From the NCBI RefSeq assembly GCF_000420705.1, contig NZ_ATVL01000006.1, positions 712,267 through 744,266 on the forward strand: a stretch of DNA of 32,000 nt. The letters run 5' to 3'. This stretch comes from Hymenobacter norwichensis DSM 15439 (GTDB lineage: Bacteria; Bacteroidota; Bacteroidia; Cytophagales; Hymenobacteraceae). Positions 15,016 through 23,433 of this stretch are shown piece by piece (position 1 is the stretch's first letter; every line of letters starts with the position of its first letter). The position numbers and the translations under genes were made by a program. The notes under the pieces are model-generated. The model did not search any database. It was not told where the DNA came from and saw only the letters and a list, made by a program, of their open reading frames with translations.

Positions 15016-18000
15016 GTGGCCCTGAACGCGGCCTTTCTGGTATGGGATGTGGCCTCGGTAGCAGCAGGAGCTAAAACCGAGGTGCGCACCGCCCTGAAAG
15101 CCGGCACCAAAGTCGCTGTCGGCTTGGCTAATAAACAAAGATGGCCGATCTGGTGCTCAAGAACGGGCTCAAAGCTAGTGTACGCTTATTTTCCGCCAAG
15201 ATTCCGCGCCTGTGCGTAACGGCCTGCTATCTCGTGGGCACGCCGATGGCGGTGCAGGATGGTTACAAAAACATCGAGAACATTGTAGCCAGCGAATTGA
15301 GTTGGTTAAAGCCTGTGCTCAAGAAACCGGGTACTCCTAGGTGCGGTCCTCCGGACGGACTATCCGTTGCCGCGGATGCTCTAAGCCAGGAAGCACAGTA
15401 CAAGTACCGCAACGGCCTGTTAGAGCAAGAGACGTTCAAGAATGGGCTGCGCCTCTACTTCCGCTACGACGGTGCCGGTCCCGAAGCCCGCTGCATCCGC
15501 ACCTGGGGCGACGAGGGCATCTATGACCACAAGCTCTACTATGATGTAGCCAACCGGCGCACTACTGTCACCAACTCCTTGGGCCATGAGGCCACTTACC
15601 TCGGCAACGAAAACGGCTTAGTCGTGCAGTAGTACATTGACCGGCGCGGCGGCTTGCACCAGACTGAGTACAGCGAGTATAATGAGGTGCTCAGCGAAAC
15701 TGACCCGTTGGGCAACATCATTACGCATGTGTATGATGACAAGGGAAACTGCATCGAAACCCAGACGCCAGCGGCCCAGACGGTACGCATGTTCGATGAA
15801 AACGACCAGCTGACGCAGTTGACTGACGTGATGGGCAACACCTGGCAGTGGGTATATGATGCGCAAGGCAACCTGCTGGAACGACTCAACTCAACGGGGC
15901 TAGTTACACGCTATGCGTATCAGAACGGGCTACTAGGCACCGTAGTCGAACCCACGGGCCGGGTAGTTGCGCTGCATTACGATGCCGGGTATAACCTGCA
16001 AGAGGTGCTAGATGGGAAAGGGATAGGTAGCCGGGCATTGTATGACGGCTGGGGCCGGCTGCGCAAAGCCACCGATGAGCGTGGCAATGTGCAGTGGTGT
16101 GAGCATGACTTGCTCAACCGCGTGGTGCAAGTCCATGAGCCGGATGGCAACGTGAGTAGTTTCGCCTATGATGGGCTCAACAATGTTATTCGAACCAAGG
16201 ACCGTCAGCACGAAGTGCAGTATGCGTATCGGGGCATGGGCAGCATGGTGCGGCGCGTAGAAGCAGGCACGGCCGTCGAGTTTGTGTACGATACGGAAGA
16301 GCAACTGCGGGCCTTCGTGAATGAACATGGCTTGTTCTACCGCTTCACGTTGGATGCGGAAGGGGATGTATTGGTGGAAACCGGCTTCGACGGCCTCACC
16401 CGGGAGTATGTGCGTGACATTGGCGGCCGCGTCGCCGAATTAGTACGGCCCAATAACCGCCGTACGCAGTATACGTACGCTCCTACCGGGCAAGTCGCGG
16501 AGGTGCACTACAGCGATGGCAGCAGCGAAACATACCGCTTTGCCCCCAATGGCGCCATGCTGGAAGCCCACAACGAGGCCGCCTCAGTTAGTATGGTGCG
16601 TGACTCTCTAGGACGAATTGTCACTGAAAGCCAAAACGCGTACGTGGTGGAAAGTCAGTACGATGCGTTCGGCAACCGGATCAGTCTTCCTTGGGAGCCC
16701 AGGTAAGTTACCAGCACAGCAAAGCGGGTGACGTAGAGCAGATGCGCGCGGGTTCCTGGCAGGCCCTATTCGAGCGGGATGCCCAAGGGCTGGAGATGCA
16801 GCGTTTGCTCAGCGGCGGGGTACGTATGCAGTGGAAGCGCAATGCCCTGGGTCGGCCTATTGAGCAGCGTATCAGCACTAGCAGCCGGCGGGAAATACGC
16901 CAGCGCTACTATAGTTGGCAGACCAGTGACCAGCTACCCCAGATTGCGGATAGCAGCACCGGTCTGACGCAGTTCACCCATGACGCCGTCGGGAACCTTG
17001 CGGCTACCCACTACGCCAATGGTACGCAGCAGCTGCGCCTCCCGGATGCATTGGGCAACCTGTTCACCACCCCGCAACGCCAAGACCGGCGCTACGGTCC
17101 GGCCGGACAGTTACTGGAAGCCAACGGCACGCAATATTTTTACGACGCTGAAGGCAACCTAGCACGCAAACTGACCCACACGGGCCAGGAGTGGCACTAT
17201 AGCTGGAGTGAGGCCGGCCGGCTGAGCAGCGTGTTGCGACCCGATGGGCAAGTGGTGCGCTTCACCTACGATGCCCTGGGCCGGCGGCTAAGCAAGCACT
17301 ATCGTGGGCAGGTCACGCGTTGGGTGTGGGATGGCAACGTACCGCTGCACGAGTGGACTGGCTTGGAACTGGAGCAAGCAAATGTGGAAGAGGTCATCAC
17401 CTGGCTATTTGAAGAAGACAGCTTCACGCCGCTAGCCAAGCTGCAAGGCGCGCAGCACTACAGCCTGGTGAGCGACCACCTAGGCACACCGTTGGAGCTA
17501 CACGGGGCCGGCGATGCGCCCGTGTGGGCCGCGGAGCTCGATAGCTACGGACGAGTGCGCCACCAGCAGGGCGACGTTGCGGCCTGCCCGTTCCGTTACC
17601 AGGGCCAGTATGAAGACCAGGAAACGGGCCTCTACTACAACCGATTCCGCTACTACGACCCTGAGAGCGGACAGTATATCAGCCAGGACCCGATTGGCTT
17701 ACTAAGTAATAATCCAACAGCCTACGCTTATGTCGTAGACCCTAACTATTTTGTTGACCCATCTGGTTTATATAATGGTGAAGGCGTTAGAGATTTAGGT
17801 GATTATGTGTCTTTCCACAACCATAATTTAAGCCCTTCTGAATACACTAAGCCGGATAAGTACCACTTTGCCAAAGCAAATGAGGCAGTGTATAATCGTA
17901 TTCAGACTGATCCGGCTTTTAAACAGTACTTGGAAACTAATTATCCAGGTGCCGTTAAGCACGTAAGCCCTACACGCAATGGTACCTTCAGAGGAACAGC

Positions 18001-18169
18001 TCCAAAAAATTTAACGTGGCATCACGCTACAGCATCTCAAATGGGCGGACAGCCTGGCTGGCTGCAAATGGTTGATCGGGCAGATCATTCCACCTACCAT
18101 AAGATTTACCATCCCGACGATATCGGTGGAAGAAATGAATGGGGCGGAGGAACCTCCTGTAGAAAATAA
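15016..18169 (+). pseudogene. rhs: Decayed, N-terminally truncated orphan rhs with a C-terminal WHH (HNH/EndoVII-fold) nuclease tip
   Basis: The reading frame is broken into at least four pieces.
- 15016-15219 and 15141-15632 are in different frames. They are homologous to the main rhs linker and cage entry (CYLVGTPMAVQDGY against CTVTGHPVDVIGGY), and roughly 430 bp are missing relative to the main gene.
- An in-frame TAG lies at 15630-15632 (VVQ*YIDRRGG).
- A frameshift lies near 16688-16692 (NRISLPWEPR* against LGAQVSYQHS).
- There is no PAAR-like domain.
- Core end: PFRYQGQYEDQETGLYYNRFRYYDPESGQYISQDPIGL...VDPSGL.
- Tip (17771-18166) carries NLTWHHATASQMGGQPGWLQMVDRADHSTYHKIYHP. Confidence 0.8.
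15373..15562 (+). repeat. 190-bp tract in the orphan rhs, near-identical to 10986-11175
   Basis: Partner of the repeat above at a constant offset of 4387 bp. Encodes DALSQEAQYKYRNGLLEQETFKNGLRLYFRYDGAGPEARCIRTWGDEGIYDHKLYYDVANRR. Confidence 0.85.
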
Positions 18170-18184
18170 TAAATAGTACTACCA

Positions 18185-18748
18185 ATGAAAAAAGACTTTG
18201 CATTACCTATTCAAGCAATAGGAGAAAACAACTGGAAAGAAAAACTTCAACAGTACTTAGATTCCTGTGATATTGAAACAGCAGAAGTAGATCCTAATAG
18301 TATAGAAGAAAAAGAAAGGGAGTTGAATATTAAACTTCCAAAAGATATGCGGGAGTTCTACGTGAATTTTGGAAGAGTTGACAGTTCTGATTTTATGTAT
18401 GGATTAAAAAGTATAGAAGAATTAAAATTTTTATTTGCGGCTAATATTACATTTATATCATTAAACTTTAAAATGTATCAGATTAACACAATGGTCTATT
18501 TTGCGGACAGTCCAGGCAATGATCCCGTATGTTTTGATAAGGATTCACATGAAATATATTTGTTTTCACATGATCCTATTAAAAAGGCTTTGGTATTTTC
18601 TGATTTCAACCAGTATCTGTTATTTGAATTGATGGAAACAGAAAAATTAGTGGGCAATGGTGTTGATGAGACTGTGGAGCAGAAATTAAAAATAAAGCTT
18701 CTTTCTGGAGAGGGTATTGATTACGAATTTAGGGATATGAAATTGTAA
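18185..18748 (+). CDS. SMI1/KNR4 (SUKH superfamily) immunity protein, intact
   Basis: 187 aa, starting 15 bp after the WHH tip stop. Motifs: EKERELNIKLPKDMREFYVNFG, then VYFADSPGNDPVCFDKDSHEIYLFSHD. Visibly AT-rich compared with the rest of the window. Confidence 0.75.
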   Translation: MKKDFALPIQAIGENNWKEKLQQYLDSCDIETAEVDPNSIEEKERELNIKLPKDMREFYVNFGRVDSSDFMYGLKSIEELKFLFAANITFISLNFKMYQINTMVYFADSPGNDPVCFDKDSHEIYLFSHDPIKKALVFSDFNQYLLFELMETEKLVGNGVDETVEQKLKIKLLSGEGIDYEFRDMKL

Positions 18749-18885
18749 TGAATTGTTAAATTATCCTATTCATATACCTGTCAAGTTTACCTGATCCGTT
18801 GGAATAAGCAGAAACTATTTTTCGTCTAAATAGTAAATTATATGTTTGCTTAGTATACTACTGAGAGCCTAATATGGCAGATTAA

Positions 18886-18929
18886 GCATGCGGTCAGGTC
18901 TGCTATTGAGTGTAGTCCTGACCGCATGC
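18886..18929. repeat. Perfect 13-bp inverted repeat (stem-loop) at the boundary between orphan cassettes
   Basis: GCATGCGGTCAGG at 18886-18898 and CCTGACCGCATGC at 18917-18929, with an 18-nt loop. No T-tract follows, so it is not a canonical intrinsic terminator. Confidence 0.7.
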
Positions 18930-18981
18930 AATTACCCGGATAGACTATCTAGGCCAAGCTCTTTCTTTTTGTTATTACAGC

Positions 18982-19608
18982 TTGGTGAGCGACCACCTAG
19001 GCACGCCGCTGGAGTTGCACGGGGCCGGCGATGCTCCAGTCTGGGCGACTGAGCTGGACAGTTACGGGCAGGTGCGCCGCCAGCAGGGCGACGCCACGGC
19101 CTGTCCTTTCCGCTATCAAGGTCAGTACGAGGACCAAGAAACTGGTCTGTACTATAATCACTTCCGTTACTACAGCCCTTATGAAGGGCTCTATATCAGT
19201 CAGGACCCTATTCGGGTCAGAGGTGGCCTGTCGCTGTACAGCTACGCCCACGACTCTACCACTTGGGTTTGCCATTTCGGTCTGGCGCCTGGCCCTGGCC
19301 TAATTACGTATCCGGTTTCTGCGGACTCCCCCCGTTGCCAGGGGCACGGACAACGGGTATCGATAGGGCTTGGGCATTGGAGAAACAACTGGCAACTCGG
19401 CCGTGACTGGCAAGGCGACCCCAGGAATATTAACTTCCTGGAAAACTACAAACACCCCGGCGAAGTCAACAACCACGTGCATGGCGCTGAGGGACATGAG
19501 GGCACCATCCGTAACGTAACCTGGGGTGATCCTATAGACCGGCAGGCCATGATTGACCGGCATCGTCAGGCACAAAGCGTCAGCACGTTAGCACCTGCCC
19601 TTAACTAA
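18982..19608 (+). pseudogene. rhs: Second orphan rhs tip cassette: about 80 aa of Rhs core end plus an unrecognised C-terminal domain of about 110 aa. The frame is open, but there is no cage, PAAR domain or evident start.
   Basis: Homology to 17461-17700 begins abruptly near 18975 (TACAGCTTGGTGAGCGACCACCTAGGCAC). It encodes VSDHLGTPLELHGAGDAPVWATELDSYGQVRRQQGDATACPFRYQGQYEDQETGLYYNHFRYYSPYEGLYISQDPI...WVCHFGL, then APGPGLITYPVSADSPRCQGHG...HPGEVNNHVHGAEGHEGTIRNVTWGD... The track start is a TTG that falls inside the homologous region. Confidence 0.65.
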
Positions 19609-19632
19609 ACACAACTCCTTAATTCCTCATAT

Positions 19633-20218
19633 ATGGCTTTACTTGATGTCATTCAGCGCTTTGCAAATAAATTCAACCAAGAAGAAAAGAACTTTGGAAC
19701 GCTGACCCTGCGGGCAGAGAAGAAAGAGGTGCAAGAGGAGTTGCTTCCGGACGGGGAGTTGAAGACTTTCTACGCCAGCGTTGATTTCGACAAGCTGACC
19801 ATTGGAACTACACTTTTTCTGGATATAGTTACGTTGGCTGAACTGCCAAAGTATCAGGAAGGCTGGCGCTGGGACTACGATACGGGCCCGGCAGGAAGAC
19901 ACGGAAGGCTGGAACTCCACTTGGCTCGTATTCGGCGATAAAAACGGAGATGCTGTATTTGCGAAGCTGGAAGACGAAGTAGCGCCCATCTTCGGAAGCA
20001 TCCAAAAGGACGAGGAATATCAGCTAGCCTCCTCCCTGGAGTCATTCCTGTCCATCTTGTCGGACTGCATGATTATGGAACGAGAAGAATTTGGCAATGA
20101 GACGAAGTCGGAAGACTTACCGTCAAGCCAGAGTTCATCGACAGAATCCGCTCCATAGTGGCTAAGTATGAGGACGAAGATATAAGTTGATGAGTTTGTT
20201 GACTTTTTCTTTGGCTAG
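19633..20218 (+). pseudogene. Frameshifted immunity-like gene (SUKH-like, tentative) following the second orphan tip
   Basis: Reading across frames restores one protein:
- MALLDVIQRF...KYQEGWRWDYDTG (frame 0)
- QEDTEGWNSTWLVFGDKNGDAVFAKLEDEVAPIFGSIQKDEEYQLASSLESFLSILSDCMIMEREEFGNETKSEDL (frame 1)
- VKPEFIDRIRSIVAKYEDEDIS (frame 0)
- DEFVDFFFG* (frame 1)
This implies at least three frameshifts, near 19888, 20120 and 20189. Confidence 0.65.
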
Positions 20219-20372
20219 CCAACTAAGGCTGACTGATAAAAAATTATTGTTTCACTTGTCCTACTGTATATATAAGGCAAGTGGAGCAAGCCGCTATAGC
20301 TAGTCGATAGAAAGTCTCACTGTTGCCTTCATATAAGCTACAGAGGTGCTATACACTGCGTAATTATATGTC

Positions 20373-20964
20373 ATGTTTGCTTTAAACGGCAATAGCTAAA
20401 CTCAAAAGGTGCTAAGCCACTCGAAAATCAACTTTCTCCCTTAGATGAAGCTGAAATAACCGAGCTTGAAAAGGCAGTTGGTACTAAGTTGCCAGCCCAA
20501 TACATATGGCCACTGCAAGCATATGAGGAGTTTCACCTTACCAACTCAGTACAGTTTAAGCCGCTTAAATCTGAGCTAGGTTACAAAAATGCGGAAGTCC
20601 TTGGCATTGCTAATGAACCAACTTTCTCGGGCTCAGAAATAGCCACAGTCTATGGTAAACATGTTCAGAAAGGGATATCGACTCTGCTTGAAGAGATGAA
20701 TGCTTCCCGAGGCAGAATGCCCGAACAATTCTACCCTTTGCCGACGATGGAGTAGGAAATCAGTTGTGTTTAGCCTCAGAGTCGGGATGCCATCAAAGAG
20801 TGTATTGGTGGGACCATGAGCTAGAATGGGACGCCGACGAGTATGAAGATGCAACGGGCTCTGCTATGCCTGAGGCAGCGAAGTTTCAGAACGTATATCT
20901 AATAGCGAACAGCCTAACGAAGTGCTTGGAAAGGATCTTTGTCTCAGCTTCCGCTAACAAATGA
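20373..20964 (+). pseudogene. Frameshifted SMI1/KNR4-family immunity gene with no adjacent toxin
   Basis: Pieces are MFALNGNS*, then (K)LKGAKPLENQLSPLDEAEITELEKAVGTKLPAQYIWPLQAYEEF... up to the stop at 20755, then a frame change near 20735 that restores FADDGVGNQLCLASESGCHQRVYWWDHELEWD... ending at 20964. LP.QY and FADDG.GN.LCL....VY.WDHE are hallmark SMI1/KNR4 motifs. The 5' boundary is uncertain. Confidence 0.7.
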
Positions 20965-20982
20965 CAGGCTAATACTATATAC

Positions 20983-21019
20983 GCAAAACGCCCCTGCCAT
21001 CAGAAGTAGCAGGGGCGTT
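20983..21019 (-). terminator. Intrinsic terminator downstream of hcp
   Basis: On the minus strand: AACGCCCCTGC, an 11-nt loop, then GCAGGGGCGTT running into TTTTG, 22 nt after the hcp stop. The GC-rich 11-bp stem was read directly. Confidence 0.7.
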
Positions 21020-21041
21020 GCAATCTTATAGCAGGTTTACT

Positions 21042-21443
21042 TTATACCCACTTGTTGTCGAGTACAGCGCCATTGGCGTTGATTTTGTTGGCCGAAATGG
21101 TAAGGCTCAACGTCATTGACGTGTTGGTGTCAGCGCCACGAGCATCGAAGTGCTCGGAGTAGCTTACGCAGTAAGCTTCCTCAAAGGAAATTTCCTTCAA
21201 CGTCGAGTCTTGGTCGATACGCTTGAAGGTGATTTTACCACTTTCGCGCTTATAGGGGTCCAGCATCCAGCTGGTGAGCGACGCGCTGTCCGTAGACACA
21301 ATGGTTACTTTGATAGTACCGCCCTGTACTTTAGAAGAAGGGCGGCCCTTATCATCAATGGCTTGATCGAAGGAGTAGCTGCAGCTTACTACTTCGCAGT
21401 CGCCGCTACCGGCGGCATTGAAAAACGCACTGAATGAGGCCAT
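21042..21443 (-). CDS. hcp: T6SS inner tube protein Hcp (TssD), Bacteroidetes type
   Basis: 133 aa. MASFSAFFNAAGSGDCEVVSCSYSFDQAIDDKGRPSSKVQGGTIKVTIVST..., with the size and pattern of T6SSiii TssD. Lies immediately downstream of tssB-tssC. Confidence 0.8.
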   Translation of the reverse strand: MASFSAFFNAAGSGDCEVVSCSYSFDQAIDDKGRPSSKVQGGTIKVTIVSTDSASLTSWMLDPYKRESGKITFKRIDQDSTLKEISFEEAYCVSYSEHFDARGADTNTSMTLSLTISANKINANGAVLDNKWV

Positions 21444-21554
21444 ACTACAGAGTAATTAAGGTTGAAAAAATGGGTTTAAGGAAAGCAATAACTCTATTGG
21501 GGGTGATACTAATTGCACTAAAGAGCTTACTAACTCACTGGTCTTTTCCACGCT

Positions 21555-22925
21555 CTATTGTTGGTTGTACTCGGCATTCCAATCGCGGCCCGGCGAATCT
21601 GGATCGTCACCTTTAGTGCCGTCCAGCGAAACCAAGAAGGTTTTGGCGGGGAAGTAGGGCACCATGTGGATATCGAGTAAGATACGGTCTTTTTGGTTGG
21701 GGTCCCGCTCGAACTTCTTGATAGAGAATTTCTCAATCAGCTTGCCCGGGCCGGCAATTCCATCCAAGAAGCGCACAATCTGGCTTTGGATGTCCATACG
21801 CATGTTGTGGTCCCAGTTCTCGAAGGCGCGGCGGTTGAGGAAGTCAATCAGCACCTTGGTCACGTAGTCGAACACTCGCACTACCGAGTAGGTCTGCAAG
21901 CCAATATTGTCGCCGTTGAAAAGCGTCTTGGCCGAGAAGGCCATTACCCGGCCATATTCATTGACCATGGGTACTAAGCCCAACTTCTCTAGGTTGGCAA
22001 TTTCGCTCTTACGCAACGGGAACCGTACACCGTCCACTTCATTAAGAGTACCGTGCTTGCGGCCTGCCGTTACCTGCGAGGCTAGGGTGCTATAAATCCG
22101 GCCAGCTAACGCCGAAGAAGGCGGAACGAAAAGATCTTCTTCTTCACCTACTTCCTCCAGCTTGCCACGGCCAACCAGCCAGTTACAGGCCATAATAACG
22201 TTGGATTTATGTGCGTCGGCACCCGTTAGGTTTGCTTCGTCGAACAGCTCGATTACATCGTCAGGAGTATCGTAATGCTCGAAGTCAGTGACCATCATGA
22301 CTTTGTTTTTATGGGCAATCTTAGCCCATTTATCTACCACCTTGTTGGAGCCCAAGTAACCCGGTACTACCAGCAGCGAGTAGTTGTCGCGCAAGTCAAG
22401 ACGGTCGAAGTTCTGCTCCAACTCGCTCGATACAGCATCGATAAAGGTGGTATTATCGAGGTCCTGTAGCTGATCTTTATCGGCGTTCATGATGGAGATG
22501 TTCTTCACATCATCCTGATCGGTGTTGCGGTAGAACAGCGCCATCGACCGATACGATTGTTCGATGTCGTGGGTGGCTTCGATAGCCTTTTTGAGGTTAT
22601 CGGTGAGCTGGTTGGTAGACGACTCTACCTGTTGCTCACACTGTTGTACAGCATCAGCCACTGAGTCGGCCTTGCTCAACATCTCGTGCCAGAGCGCCAG
22701 CCGCTTCTTGAGCTGCTGGCGGTCGGCTTTCTTGCTGTCTTCGGTAAGAAATATCTTTTTGCGGGCCTTCTTCTCGGGGTTCAGGTTGGAGGCACCATCA
22801 ATGGTCGTCTCCAGTAAGTCGAAACCGCCGAATTTGGTTAGTGCCTGCGCATTTTGTTCGAGGCTGGGTGCTTGCTCCCGTTCACGAGAGGCCGTAGCGG
22901 CAGTTTTTTGTTGTTCGGTTGCCAT
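21555..22925 (-). CDS. tssC: T6SS contractile sheath large subunit TssC (T6SSiii type)
   Basis: 456 aa, directly after the small sheath subunit and before hcp. Length and sequence style are consistent with Bacteroidetes TssC. The assignment rests on recollection and context, not a search. Confidence 0.75.
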   Translation of the reverse strand: MATEQQKTAATASREREQAPSLEQNAQALTKFGGFDLLETTIDGASNLNPEKKARKKIFLTEDSKKADRQQLKKRLALWHEMLSKADSVADAVQQCEQQVESSTNQLTDNLKKAIEATHDIEQSYRSMALFYRNTDQDDVKNISIMNADKDQLQDLDNTTFIDAVSSELEQNFDRLDLRDNYSLLVVPGYLGSNKVVDKWAKIAHKNKVMMVTDFEHYDTPDDVIELFDEANLTGADAHKSNVIMACNWLVGRGKLEEVGEEEDLFVPPSSALAGRIYSTLASQVTAGRKHGTLNEVDGVRFPLRKSEIANLEKLGLVPMVNEYGRVMAFSAKTLFNGDNIGLQTYSVVRVFDYVTKVLIDFLNRRAFENWDHNMRMDIQSQIVRFLDGIAGPGKLIEKFSIKKFERDPNQKDRILLDIHMVPYFPAKTFLVSLDGTKGDDPDSPGRDWNAEYNQQ

Positions 22926-22992
22926 AGATAGAGAAAGTACCCTACTGATCTAGTACAGATAAAGAGAAAAGCACAAATGCACTCTTTCGCCG

Positions 22993-23433
22993 CTAGTCTA
23001 GCTCGGCTATCATCGACTGAATAGCCGCCAGAAAGGCTGCTTTTGTCTCCGGCGTATCTAGCGCTGACTTCAGAATCTTGTTGGACTTAAGCTGGCGCAA
23101 GAGCTTCTGCAAATCTTCAGCCTGCGTACTCAAATCCTGAAGAAACGTGCTCTGGTTGATGATACCTTTTTTGCCGAAGTCGCCGAGCGACTCAAAATGC
23201 AGTGTTTCAGGAACGACGGTACCGTTTTCTTTCTCAAACTCCACTTCAACCTGAGGCTTAAAGTGGGCGAAAACTGCTTCGGGTGTGCGTAAGCCTTCTA
23301 CTATCTGGGCCCGTAGGGGCGGGTCGGCCGTAAGCTTTTGAACCAGTAGGGTTCGGTTGAGAGGGATATCTGAGATGGCCTCCTGAGCATTGTCAAGTTT
23401 GCGCTCTTGTCCACCAATTCCGTAGTTGTACAT
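22993..23433 (-). CDS. tssB: T6SS contractile sheath small subunit TssB
   Basis: About 146 aa from the ATG at 23433 (MYNYGIGGQERKLDNAQEAISDIPLNRTLLVQKL...). Sits upstream of tssC. The 51-aa N-terminal extension in the track (to 23586) looks non-coding. Confidence 0.7.
   Translation of the reverse strand: MYNYGIGGQERKLDNAQEAISDIPLNRTLLVQKLTADPPLRAQIVEGLRTPEAVFAHFKPQVEVEFEKENGTVVPETLHFESLGDFGKKGIINQSTFLQDLSTQAEDLQKLLRQLKSNKILKSALDTPETKAAFLAAIQSMIAELD

Noticed and set aside
15205-15290. CYLVGTPMAVQDGYKNIENI initially looked like the start of a Hint/intein-type domain (C-x-x-x-G-T ... IE-x-I)
   Set aside because: It aligns position-for-position with the main rhs cage-entry motif CTVTGHPVDVIGGY (C, G, P, V, G and Y conserved), and the upstream linker is also homologous. 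It is better explained as a diverged copy of the Rhs N-terminal plug region than as a Hint domain.
10500-17400. Periodic repeats that might suggest a CRISPR array or tandem DNA repeat
   Set aside because: The periodicity is at the protein level (YD/Rhs repeats of about 20 aa) with divergent DNA. There are no identical direct repeats separated by unique spacers and no cas genes.
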